Assembly: GCF_006345805.1 (NCBI RefSeq) | Contig: NC_043004.1 | Coordinates: forward strand, 10,044,001-10,108,000 | Source: Octopus sinensis | Lineage: Eukaryota | Direction: 5' to 3' | DNA length: 64,000 bases | Shown here: one piece after another, positions 39,170-53,319 of the stretch | Layout of the letters: each line of letters starts with the position of its first letter | How positions within the stretch are numbered: the first letter of the stretch is position 1 | Translations under genes and position numbers: made by a program | The notes under the pieces: generated by a model | Database searches by the model: none | What the model saw: the letters and a program-made list of their open reading frames with translations, nothing else | Told to the model about the DNA's origin: nothing

Positions 39170-39698
39170 AAATTGGGATAGGGGTTATCCAATATACTGC
39201 TAGTGACGTACCCAACAAAATTAATACATAAATGTTAAGGACTGCGATGCAATCAATTCATTTACTGTATTATATGGGCAAAGGTAAAATGATTTACCAC
39301 GAATTACTAATACAAGATAAGAAAATGGAGAAATACATCTAAATCAAATATCAATTACCAGATAATACTCAATCACATACTTTATTAAACCACCACATAA
39401 GAGACTGTAGGGTTAAACATAAAAAAGCAGAACAAATCAGTGTACATAAAGGAATGTACATAAAAAAGTGTACATAATAGAGTAATGTTGTATAATAAGT
39501 AGAATATATATAAAAAAGAGAATATAAATATAAGTAAATATAAATATAAGTATAGATTACATCTTACAGCTGTTTTGGCCATGTAGATAAGTATGTCTCA
39601 TTTTACAGTCTCTTATGTGGTGGGTTTAATAAGTATGTGATTGAGTATTATCTGGTAATTGATATTTGATTTAGATGTATTTCTCCATTTTCTTATCT

Positions 39699-39702
<4 letters not shown>
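39170..39702 (-). mobile_element. Penelope-like pLTR fragment with a 99-bp inverted duplication
   Basis: Arms 39311-39409 and 39604-39702; minus-strand AAAACAGCTGTA hammerhead half near 39564-39576; (TA)n on both sides. Confidence 0.6.
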
Positions 39703-39764
<62 letters not shown>

Positions 39765-39781
39765 CATACACACACACACAT

Positions 39782-39814
<33 letters not shown>

Positions 39815-40711
39815 AAGGATAGAAGGAGTTTTCGTCAAAGTGACTCAAACTAATAGTTATGCGGACTGAGCGCTTACCTATATATATAAAGCAATACATG
39901 TCTACATATTAGCGATTTGAGTGTGATGATCGTATGTAGAAAAATGATAGCTATCTGGGATCCTGCTCAAATGATCAGGCAGCCATGTTTAGAGATTGCA
40001 ATGCCTGACCCTTTTCCGATACCTCCCAATGAAAATTAGAAGGGATAGAAAAACTAGCCTTTCAACGAAATCTAACGCAAGGGGAAAACCACGCCCTTTG
40101 GGTTTCTATGTAATTGGTAACAAAAATATAATTTTAAAAAATGATCTGTAAGAATAAACAAGCCAAAATTTTCTTAACCTCGTGGAACTTCCAAATGTTG
40201 TTGGGTGTAACCAATACTGGAAGGTCCGAGCACCGCGCTATAGTGTAGACTTGGTTGCTCTGTCAAACAAACAAATGGTTAGGGAAGTACTGACGCCATA
40301 CAAAGTGGAGCTAGTGTTGATCGAGACATCCTGGTCTCTCTTGTCAATAGACTGGAGTAACCTCCTGTAACCATATTCGATAGGCCAATGAAAACGAGAC
40401 TAGCCCTAAATATAAATTGAAATGTAACTTACTTTAATGTAACAATGCTCAAACGATGGCACATGAGGAGAATAATGAGGAGGAATTGTATGACACACTA
40501 CATCAGCGTTTCTCAACCGGGGTTCCCCGCAAACTTAGGGTTACGCAAAACGTTTCGCGGGGTTCCGCGAGAAAGGGTGAGATAAGCTAATGCTAATTTC
40601 ATGATCGTAATATTACTATACACGCACAGCATATTATTGGTTATTGTAATAATGGAACATAGACTTCATCCTATTTATCAAAGAAGTATGATTATTTTCT
40701 TAAACCAGTAT

Positions 40712-41898
<1,187 letters not shown>

Positions 41899-41943
41899 TA
41901 TATATATATATGTATGTATGTATATATACACAAAATAAAGTGA

Positions 41944-42038
41944 AATGACCACTAAAGTGGACACCTAATATGCTAAACATAGACGTCAACTTTTGACGTC
42001 TATGTTTAGCATATTAGGTGTCCACTTTAGTGGTCATT
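41944..42038. repeat. Perfect inverted repeat, 46-bp arms and 3-nt loop
   Basis: aatgaccact..gacgtcaa ctt ttgacgtc..agtggtcatt. Confidence 0.95.
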
Positions 42039-42668
42039 CCTCCTAATTTTGTATGTAACACGATTTTTAATCTTTGGATTTTTTAAATATGCTAAGCCAC
42101 TGGTTTTAATTGATTAATATCAATTTCTACCCTTATTATTTCATTATATATATATATATATATATATGATATTTACCAAGTAAAGTACGATGAAAAAAAT
42201 GAGAAGATATGGTATATAATGTTTGTGTGCAGGGGTTCCTTGAAACATGTTCGTATTTTAAGGGTTACGCAAGGGTAAAAAAAGGTGGAGAAACATTGCC
42301 CTACATAGACAGCTGGATACTGTGCCAACAGGTCATACGTTGGCTGTCCTTGGAGATTTTAATGCAAAAGTGGGAAGGAATACCAGACATGGAAATCTCA
42401 ACTTCAATTGATAGCTCCAAATGCACCAAATATATGTAGCTGCGGCAAACACCTCTTATCTGGTTTTCGAAAAGTAGTTTACGGCTTCTACCATTCCTGG
42501 CAAAGAAATAAAAAGAGCATGATTGATCTCAGTGGTATTTGAACTCGGAGAGTAAAAAGCCAGGATAATACCGAATAATACCGCAAAATAATCTATCCGA
42601 CGCTGGAGTGATTCAGCCAATTCACCCAGTGAAAGTATGCGTTTGTGTGTGTGTGCGTACGTGCGTGC

Positions 42669-42709
<41 letters not shown>

Positions 42710-42853
42710 AGCGAGAGAGAGTGAGAGTGAGCGTGCAAGTTCTTGTCCATTGTGTGAGTGCGCTCATGTGCAAATATGCTCTTGAATATATAATATATAC
42801 ATACATACATATATAATATATATATATTATATATATATATATTCTATATATAT

Positions 42854-42910
<57 letters not shown>

Positions 42911-43319
42911 CGCATATGTTTGTGTGTTTGTGTGAGTGTGAGTTTATTTTCTATCAAAAGTCATATTGGCAGTAGCGGTGTGAAGTGGTATACATGTGTG
43001 TATGTATGTGCTTCTTTATGTATGCGTAATTTGTGTATATATATATATGTATGTATGTGTTAATTTTCAAAGATACGGAAAAGAAATGACACTTATTGGA
43101 GACTATGTCGTTGTACAGAAGTGGATAAACACACGTTCCACCAATTTAACAATGAAATATTCAACAGGGCACTCGTAATGTATTTCCAAATTCAAATTGA
43201 GATACTTATCCCTTTCTCCCTCTCTAATGCACACATATACACACGCGCGAGCGCATTGACATATGTATGTATATGTGTGTTTGAATGCTATATACATACA
43301 TACATACTTGCATACACAT

Positions 43320-43392
<73 letters not shown>

Positions 43393-43598
43393 CAAACATA
43401 TCGTACACGTATATACACACAAGTAGACATACAGAAATATATATATATATTTTTGTGTATTAATATATATGATTATGTATGTATGTATGTATCTATCTAT
43501 CTATCCCTCTTTCAATATATTTAGCTATATGTATATACATATATATACAAACATACTATACATACACATACATATTATATATATATATATAGATATAT

Positions 43599-43631
<33 letters not shown>

Positions 43632-43656
43632 CTATAATATAATATATATATATGTA

Positions 43657-43705
<49 letters not shown>

Positions 43706-43797
43706 ATATATATATATATCTATATAATGCATATATATACAGATTTTTATATGCATACTACACATACACACACACACCAACACACACACACACACAC

Positions 43798-43875
<78 letters not shown>

Positions 43876-44054
43876 TTGTACACACGCATACAGCACATAC
43901 ATATGAATATGTTCGTATAAGTGTCTATATGTATATACATGTATATCACTTCATTTGTGTCTCCGCTCTAGGTTGTTAGCATCGCGATGCCTAAGTGAAA
44001 TATTAATATGTGTGTGTGTATGTGTGTGTACGTGCGCGCGCATGTGTGTATACG

Positions 44055-44086
<32 letters not shown>

Positions 44087-44284
44087 ACACATGTATTGTC
44101 TTTCCCTGGTATGTCAGATAGGTTATCTTTATGAGACAGCATCAACTGTAAACTTTGGCGCATTCTTGAATTATTGATTCACCGAATGGGAACGGTACCG
44201 TTAATCTACACAAAGTTATATCCTCTGCTAATACAGGCTCTCCTGCTGCTCTTTTGAAACAGGTAACCAACTCTGTCATCCTTA

Positions 44285-44386
44285 TTGTCGTCTTCGTCGT
44301 CGTCGCCGCCGCCGTCAACGTCATCATCATCATCATCATCATCATCATCGTCATCGTCATCGTCATCGTCATCATCATCGTCATCG

Positions 44387-44418
<32 letters not shown>

Positions 44419-44660
44419 ATCATCGTCATCGCAATCGTCATCGTCGTCATCGTCATCTCATCATCATCATCGTCATTATCGTCGTCATCATCGTCATCAT
44501 TATCATCATCATCATCATTGTCGTCGTAATCATCATCATCATCATCATCGTCATCATCATCATCGTCATCATCGTCATCATCGTCGTCGTCGTCATCATC
44601 GTCATCATCGTCGTCGTCGTCGTCATCATCATCATCGTCGTCGTCATCCTCCTCCTCCCC
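44285..44660. repeat. (ATC)n/(GTC)n microsatellite
   Basis: Directly visible; the source of the poly-D, poly-S and poly-H ORFs. Confidence 0.95.
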
Positions 44661-45469
44661 CACTATCCTCCTGCCACTATCGTCATCCCTCCTCCTCCTG
44701 CCACTATCAACAAACAGTGTCCCCAAATTCCAGGCATTGTGTATAAATGCTTGAAACAATTAAGACGGCGAGCTGGCAGAATCGGTAGAACGTCAGAAAA
44801 CGCCTAATGGTATTTGTTCGGTATCATCACATTCCGAGGTCAAATCCTACCGGGGTCTGCTCTGTCATACATCTCTTCGAAGTCGATAAAATGAAATATG
44901 AGTCAGATGTTGGTATGGTGATATCGACTAACCCCTTTCCCTCAAAATGTTCTTCTTATGCCCAAATTAGAAACCTCACTGCTTGTCTGACGGCAGAAAG
45001 TGCGTTCACTCTACGTCGAGTTTACATTTACTTGCATGTCTCTTTGTTGGAGATGCAGTCCTTGGTAAAAGCCAAGATGGTATAATCGAAAGGGTGAGTA
45101 GAGGAAGGTTGCAGAAGCAAATACAGTCTACTGTTCTAGTGTGGTTCTTGATAAAAGTTGTTGGTTTCAATATGTGTGATGTGATGTTTTGGGGTTTATG
45201 CTTTGTTAACAGAACTATGATTCAATGTGTCCTAGCTTTAACAATCCCAGTTTTATTCTCAAACATGGACTGTATTAGTTTATGTTATTTTTCTTCTCTT
45301 TAAAACAATAATTTTCAATTTGAGGGCTGTTTGGCTGGTATTTCTATCAGGTAAACTGATAAAGTATATGATGGTGATAAATATCGGATTAGAGAGTAAG
45401 AAGAAGTAAAGATGTTTTGTCGTGTGGTGAAATAGAGGAGAGACTAGTTTCGGGCAGGGAACTTTGTCA

Positions 45470-45820
45470 AATAAAGCCGGAAGGTTATTTTAAGCAAAGA
45501 AAACCGAAATAACATTTCAATGAAAAAATAAAATGAAAATGTATTTCAAATAAAAAACAAAACAATATAATTAAACCGGAAAGACATTCCAAGCTATGAA
45601 AATTTGAAGGTTGTTTTTAACGATGAATAACCATGAATAACAATCCATAAAAAAAAGAAGGAAAAAGAAAAAGAAATCAGGAGAATATTTTAAGCAAGAA
45701 AACTGGAAAAACGTTGTATTCAAAGAAAGCCGGAAATGCATTTTAATTAAAAGAAACCTGGAAGGAGATTTTAATTAAAGAAAACAGGAACGAGATTTTA
45801 AGCAAAGAAAACGGAAAGAT
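45470..45820. repeat. Diverged ~30-bp A-rich tandem repeat
   Basis: Recurrent 'ggaa..attttaagcaaagaaaac' unit. Confidence 0.6.
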
Positions 45821-46383
45821 GTTTGGGACAAGCAAGGTATGTTGTTTTCGTTGCTGTTATAAATCGGCCCCAAGTAAGATTTGATCAAGTAGATTTATAA
45901 TCAAAGGTCTTTCACCTTTGACCCTTTTACCTTTCTGTGTATATAGAACTGCTGTATTTAATTTTAAGACACCAGGTTGTAATCTGGAAGATAAATTTGA
46001 TTGCAGTTTCTTGTCGGAAAGGCCGAGATACTGCACAAAGGGCCCCTCGTTGACTCGGTGTATGTAGAGAACTGACACACTGGCCTATACCAGGCAGAAA
46101 CACCGGTTTCTAACAACGAAGCTCTTAACCGGATGAAGGAGCTTGTATGTGGTCGTTCGAAGTACTAGCAAATTCTCCGCTGAAAACACATTGTACCGTT
46201 CTAAAAAAGGAAGAATACACTGGACAAGGAGGGTTTCAGTATACTTTATCTGAAACTGGGATGGTTACAAGCAAATTGCATTTGTTTTAGGTCTTTCTGA
46301 TCAAAATTGATCAATGGCTAAACAAGCACGTTGAATAAAAGAATAAGAAGAACAAGAATAAGGATTAGAATTAACAACAACTA

Positions 46384-46597
46384 CAGGGTACGCGGCCAGA
46401 AATACCTCCCACTTTTAAGCTTTCACCTATGAGTGTGCTAATGAACTTATGCAAGTGCCAATGATGTTTTTATTTAGTTAATGAACAAAATCTGTAACCC
46501 TTTGTTTAAACAACAGTAAAATTAATTTTCAGAAATTTTGTTTCTTTTTCCTATTGTCAACCTTTCAAATGCTGGAGGTATTTCTGCCGCACCCTTG
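46384..46597. mobile_element. Tc1/mariner-type MITE
   Basis: TA|CAGGGTACGCGGCCAGAAATACCTCC ... GGAGGTATTTCTGCCGCACCCTTG imperfect TIRs. Confidence 0.75.
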
Positions 46598-47173
46598 TGC
46601 AATACGAAAAAGCTGTTAGTGAACCGACTCTTTCCAATCAATGTATAGCGAAGCAAATTCTTGATTGTATATTTTTTTCTACCTCTTATCAATATATACC
46701 TTTTCACATTTTATTTGGAACCATATTCTTGGCTATATAATCTAAGCCATTTCCATTGGACCAAATTTAGTGACAAAAGAGATACAGAGACAAAAGTTAG
46801 CATAGCGCTGGCACACCAGATCTTACAAACCTGCAAGTTTTAGTGACGAATTAAATGACAGATAAAATGAGTATAGCGTCAACAAACCAGGCCATCACTA
46901 TTTTAAAATTTTTGGCGGGATGTATTATCCATATTACTAACAAGGAACCAAAGATGTTGGAATGGAAGGAAGAATAATTTATCTATATTGCAGGTATGGT
47001 AGCGTGGTTAAGACACTCGCTTTGCAATCACATGGCTTCGGGTTCAATCCCACTGCACGATACATTGGGCAAGATATATCATAATCCCAGGAACTGACCA
47101 ATGCTTTGTGATCGAATTTGGTTAATGGAAATTGTGTGGAATCTCTCCATATATATATAAATATATATATATA

Positions 47174-47925
47174 TAATAATATAGGGTGAAATTAATTAAT
47201 TTGGAATAATCATTAGTTTCACCAAGTAGATTTCGGCATGTAAAAGCCCCATTTGAGGAAAGTTTAAGTAATACTAAGTAATTAAGGATTTAGCAACGAT
47301 TTGCCTCACCACACACCGAATTTAGAAATAGCAGTCAAAGAGTTATAGCTATTCTTTCTACTAAAAGGGAGATCTCAGTAAAACCACAGCACTTGAAAGG
47401 CAAACACAGACAGGCAAGAGAGAAAGAAATGACGACAATCGATCATACAATATTAAGTTACCTACGGACATACGTTTCGAAATTAAGTTTTAGGAAAGCA
47501 TAAGAATTAGATATTATGTCTTACCAACTTCTTTTCTCATCACAGCGTAGGACACTACAATTATGAATAATTGTATATTAAATTTCGAGGTACTAGAAGA
47601 CATCATCTCAACTCAGTATCAGAGCGAGCTAAAGCCGTTACCAGTATCACCAAATTCAAAGTGTGAATGAAAGTTTGTGTCACCAACCCCCTCCCACCAG
47701 CGTGCAGCCAAGACAGATGTTTTGGCATTTACTGGGATGAATATGGTTATCAGTAATAATATAGGGTGAAATTAATTATTTGGAATAATCATTAGTTTCA
47801 CCAAGTAGATTTCGGCATGTAAAAGCCCCATTTGAGGAAAGTTTAAGTAATACTAAGTAATTAAGGGTTTAGCAACGATTTGCCTCACCACACACCGAAT
47901 TTAGAAATAGCAGTCAAAGAGTTAT
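47174..47925 (-). mobile_element. Non-coding hammerhead-bearing retroelement (retrozyme/pLTR-like), 580-bp unit in 1.3 copies
   Basis: Near-identical direct repeats at 47174-47346 and 47754-47925; no ORF; one hammerhead motif between them. Confidence 0.7.
47461..47551 (-). ncRNA. Type I hammerhead ribozyme motif with a long stem II
   Basis: CCUACG-CUG(UG)AUGA-GAAA..AAGUU..AACUU..UUUC-GAAAC-GUAU-GUC-CGUAGG; the core has a 2-nt insertion. Confidence 0.7.
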
Positions 47926-48778
47926 GTGTGTGTGTATGTGTGTGTGTTTTGTGTGTCTTTGTGTGTGTGTGTGTGAGTGTGTGTATTTGTGCATGTGTTT
48001 ATCTTCCCACAGCTTGACAACAGGTGACGATTTTGTAACTTAGCAGTTCGGCAAAAGTGTTCCGCCAGAATAAGTACCAAACTTGAATAATAAGTACCAC
48101 ACAGTCGATGTTATTTTTTACACAAACCTTTCGAAGTAGTGCACCAGTATGGCCGCAGTTCAATGACTGAAAGAAGTAAAACATAAAAGGCAAAATATTC
48201 CTGTTACTGGGATCAATTCGGCACCCCTATATATCTCCTTTTAATTCTGAATTGTAAGTTTTATTATTAAAGTATTAAACGCTGTTAAAGTAATCCTTCT
48301 TATTCTACATTAACATTAAGCTAAAGTGTGATTTATGCCGATCTTTCAGACTATTATGTTCCACTGGTTGCGTTTTTTGTTGCCACATCTTTCTGAATAA
48401 AATGGCCGACAGAAGATGCAGACGTCTATCATCACGTATTAGCCAATTTAGTCCTGCTCTTTCTTTTAAAACTTCTATTTATTTAGCATTAAAATAGCAG
48501 TAATATCAACAAATTATATGCTTAAAAACTAGGGGAACAGGAAAATATTTTCAACACTTTTTAATCATTAAAAAACAAAAGAGAAAAAAAAAACAAAAAT
48601 TGAGTAATGATTCTACGTATTGCGTATATACGCACATGATACAGCTGTTAGCACCAAGGGAAAATCGCGGTAGTTCCACCTTCCCTTGATGATCTAAGCA
48701 CGAGTTTATATTGTTTAATTACACACACACACACACACACACACATGTATGTTTACGTATATTATATATATTGCATAT

Positions 48779-48837
<59 letters not shown>

Positions 48838-49210
48838 TATATATATATGGTGTGTGTGTGTGCTTATGTATATATGTGCATATATATATGTATCTATTGA
48901 TGTATATACGTATATATCACACAGATGCACACACACACAGATACACACACACACATATGAAATAGCAAGCGAGAAAGAGGCAGAAAGGGAGAATGATTGA
49001 TGGGGGAAGGACGTGAGCTCAAATGTTTGCTATCGAGTGCAACACACCTATTAGCTACGAGTAAATTATACACACGCAATAATACAGACACCGCTCTGCT
49101 GGAGAGACGCAGACGCACATATCATGTAATCAAATCTACATATTCTTGTCTGCACAAACACTTGCGCCAGAGAGACAAATCTCACACTCATTGATAGTCA
49201 CATTATATAT

Positions 49211-49289
<79 letters not shown>

Positions 49290-49575
49290 GCACACACACT
49301 CACACGCACACACACAGTCATATGTGCGAGCAAAACACGTTTTATATGCATTACAATGTGCAGTGGGAGTTACGGAAACACTAAACCGAACATCTTGGTT
49401 TCTCATATCTGCTGTGTTTTAAAAGTGTGTGTGAGCGCATACATGTTATATATATATATATTATATATATTATATATATATATATATATAATCATACATC
49501 CATACATCCTCTACCTATACGTAGATTCACACACACGCAGGCACACAGACACATACCCACACACAGACACATACA

Positions 49576-49617
<42 letters not shown>

Positions 49618-49624
49618 ATCTATC

Positions 49625-49695
<71 letters not shown>

Positions 49696-50069
49696 GAGCA
49701 AAACGCCCCACGTCCAATGGACGTGCTGAGTTGACAAATATTTAAACAAATTTTCTCTAAACAACTTGTCCGACCGTCCCATAGGCCTCCCCTTTGAGAA
49801 ACACTAAATTTGAGACACCAGCAAAAGAAGAAATAAAGATAGACTTATTTTCTATTCTAAAGAAAAACGATTTTATTCACAAAAATATGCAACCAAAGAG
49901 TTTAAAGTATCAGTAAGGATAAGGTTGGTGACTGGGAGAACACAAACATGGTTTAAACAGTAAGCTTGGCAGGAAAGAAACGTGCCTTTAAGCAGTACAA
50001 AAACAACAAAAAATGGAAGGTGCAGTTATGTACAGGTTGACAGAAGAAAAGCAGGACAAAACCGGCTTT

Positions 50070-50245
50070 ATCGATCGCATTCTCACCTGGAATCGATTTT
50101 TGTAATTTTTTAAAGACTTATACACGCCCTGATACCGTCAGGATTTACTTTTACATATCAAATTTGAGCGCAATCGGATGGAGGATGCCCGAGATCCGAG
50201 AAGACACACACACAGACAGACAGACAACGGATTTTATATATGAGA
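50070..50245 (-). mobile_element. Non-autonomous Helitron 5' portion
   Basis: A|TCTCATATATAAAA followed by (GTCT)n(GT)n and 'ccgattgcgctcaaattt'. Confidence 0.6.
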
Positions 50246-50414
50246 TATACATATACATACGCATGTACGGGCGCAAACACACACACACACACACACACAC
50301 ATATTGATCGGTGTTCTGGGCAATTGCAGTCCCTATAAGCATATATGTATACAATTATGTGTTTTTGGTTTTGTTGACTAGTAGGGTCAGTTGGTCACCG
50401 ACTGTGGGCAAAAC

Positions 50415-50655
50415 CTCAACATAGCCAACGAACAGGTTTGCAAAGTTGGGGCCCATTCCCGTTCCCATGGCCACACCTGTTGGTAAAAATCCCTCGACAA
50501 CGAGAAGCAGTTGAGGGAGAGAATAAGTTCGACACAGACGAAGAAGTGTGGGGATGTTAGGTTGAGGGTCAGGCCGAGGGTCTAGAAAGTGTTTGAGCAC
50601 AAGAAGCCCTTCGTTATGCGGGATCACTGCATATAAACTTTTGATATCAAGAGTA
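50415..50655 (-). mobile_element. Penelope-like RT fragment
   Basis: LDIKSLYAVIPHNEGL..GVAMGTGMGPNFANLFVGYVE. Confidence 0.88.
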
Positions 50656-50659
50656 ACAT

Positions 50660-51058
50660 TTGGGCGGGGGCTGAAATTTTGAGGAGGGGGTTAGTCAATT
50701 AGATCGACCTCCAATGCACAACTGGTGCTTATTCTATTGACCCCGAAAGAATGAAAGGTATTTGAATTCAGAACGGAAGGACGGACGGAATGTCGCTAAG
50801 CATTTTGTTCGGCGTGCTAACGATTCTGCTAGCTCGGCCACCTTAGTAATAATAACTCTTTCTAGTATCGGCACAAGGCCTGAAATTTGGGGGAGGGGAC
50901 TAGTCGATTAGATCGACCCCAGTACTCAAATGGTACTTAATTTATCGACCCCGAAAGGATGAAAGGCAAAGTCGACCTCGGCGGAATTTGAACTCAGAAC
51001 GTATCAGCGGGCGAAATACTGTCCAGCATGCTAACGATTCTACCAGCTCGCCGCCTTA
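50660..51058 (-). mobile_element. Two tandem SINE B copies (tail 2)
   Basis: Two head and body units. Confidence 0.85.
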
Positions 51059-51096
51059 ACCTTGGTAATAATAATAAAGTATATGCATATATATAT

Positions 51097-51164
<68 letters not shown>

Positions 51165-51207
51165 GTATGTATATATAATATATATATTATATATATAATA
51201 TATATAT

Positions 51208-51354
51208 TGTGGTAAGAAGCCTGCTTCCCAACCACATGGTTCCGGGTTGAATCCCACTGTGTGCCACCTTGGGCTAGTGTCTTCTACTATAAGCATCGGG
51301 CTGATCAAAACCTTGTGAGTGGATTTGGTAGACGGAAACCGAAAGAAGCCCGTT

Positions 51355-51410
<56 letters not shown>

Positions 51411-51630
51411 GCATATATGTATATATTTCTTTGTGTGTGTCTGTATTTGTCCCCCACCATCGCTTGACAACCGATGTTGGTGCGTTTACATCCCCGTAAC
51501 CTAGTGGTTCGGCAAATACGACCGATGGAATAAATACTAGGCTTACAAAGAATAAATCCTGGGTGGTTTTGTTCGACTAAAGTCGGTGTTCCAGTATGGC
51601 CACAGTCACATGACTGAAACAAAATAATAA
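51208..51630 (+). mobile_element. SINE family A
   Basis: Head, core and tail. Confidence 0.88.
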
Positions 51631-51664
51631 AAGACTACACAATATATATATATTATATTATATA

Positions 51665-51897
51665 TACGGAGTAAACACATAAATGTGAAACAAGGTGGAA
51701 AAAAAGAGTACTCAAATACCAGTGGTAGAGTAATATGCTTTAATTAAAGCACAGATAATTCTACAGAACCTGTTACCTGAGTTTCGCGTTGCCGTTCATC
51801 GGACAGTTTTTTCTAGCAAAAACTGTCCGTTGAACGCAACGCGAAACTCAGAGTAACAGGTTTTGTAGAATTTTCTGCTGCTTTAAATAAAGTATAT
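51665..51897. mobile_element. Penelope-like pLTR fragment folded into an ~80-bp-arm palindrome with two opposed hammerhead motifs
   Basis: Arms 51733-51812 and 51818-51897; minus CUGU-CCGAUGA..GAAACUCAGGUA-ACAG; plus CUGU-CCGUUGA..GAAACUCAGAGUA-ACAG. Confidence 0.7.
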
Positions 51898-52278
51898 ATA
51901 TATTGCAAAACAAATATATATAAATATGTATGTATGTGTGTGTATTTACTACATGCAAACATGCATACATTTACATATATATGTGTATGTTTGTGTGTAT
52001 GTATGCGTTTGACTGCATTTATGTGTGAATATATTATGTGTGCGTGTGCGACAATAAAACAGCTGAAAGCAGTTAAAATGTCCTGTGGCGTTAATTTTCT
52101 GTAAGATATGTAAATCTACACCATCGCTTGACAACTCTCATTTTTCCGCTGGCAGCCCCGACACCGCCGATACCCTCTAATCACTGCCTTCATTGTGTCA
52201 CTACCTCTTTCAAACTACAATTAACTCCAAATAATATCAAACACCCATGTCGTTGAAAGTTGTAGAAATTACTGCCGT

Positions 52279-52500
52279 AGGCGCAAGCGTGGTAAGTTGG
52301 TAAGAAGTTTGTTTCCCAACCATATGGTTTCCGGGTTCAGTCCCACTGCATGGCACCCTGGCCAAATGTCATGTCTTCCATTATTGTCCAGGAACGACGC
52401 GCTTTGTTAGTGGATTTGTAAGACGGAAACTGAAAGGAGCCCGTCGGTTATATATATATATATATATTATATATTATGATATAATATACATACCACACAT

Positions 52501-52541
<41 letters not shown>

Positions 52542-52583
52542 TATACATATATATATACATATACATACATATATATTATATTA

Positions 52584-52632
<49 letters not shown>

Positions 52633-52862
52633 GTGTAGTATATGTGTGTTTGTGTGTGTATATATTTATAGGGAGAGAATTCACCAAAAAAAGACGAAGA
52701 CAGGTGGTGTAGACAACAAACAGATGTATTAGTATAACTCTCGGGAAGTGAAAAAGTCTTCCCGAGCGGAATACAGAAAGAAACAAGGAGAGAAAATAAA
52801 GAATGTGTTGTGGCTAGCGATCTATCATGGCGAGGCTTCTTTTTTTTTCCTTTTTACCAATC

Positions 52863-52893
<31 letters not shown>

Positions 52894-53135
52894 CTGTGTG
52901 TGTGTGTGTGTGTGTGTGCGTGTGTGTGTGTGTCCACCACCAGCGCTTGAGAACCAGTGTTCCCGTAACTTAGCGGTTCGGCAAAAGAGAGCGTTAGACG
53001 TAGGTAAGCTTAAATAAATAAATGAATAAGTATAAAAAACAAGTGCTGAAGTCGATCCATTTGACTAAGAATTCTTCGTGGTGGTACTCCAGCATGGCTG
53101 CAGCCCAGTGACCGTAACAAGTAAATGATAAAAGA
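52279..53135 (+). mobile_element. SINE A containing a Penelope-like pLTR piece (52668-52835, minus)
   Basis: The insert matches 40817-41030 but lacks most of the hammerhead core. Confidence 0.75.
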
Positions 53136-53319
53136 TATTCCCCTGTAATCTCCCATTGCCGTGTTCAAAAGAATAGAGGAAGACTGGTTTGGTGAAGAAA
53201 GGCATATAGCATTGGTTTTGGCGGGGATGGTTTAACTAGAAGAAATGGAGGTCAGTATTTATAATGCTGGATGTAAAGTTTACTACGTGGAAAATTCGCG
53301 TGTCTATTTTGTTTATTAC

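Larger units (their letters stand above)
46990..48190 (+). mobile_element. Old SINE A split by the 47174-47925 insertion
   Basis: Head at 46990-47150, tail at 48000-48190. Confidence 0.75.

Noticed and set aside
44142-44759. 205-aa Asp-rich ORF (acidic biomineral-like protein)
   Set aside because: It is almost entirely (GAT/GAC)n microsatellite that shifts into MT repeats, and the flanks are unrecognisable.
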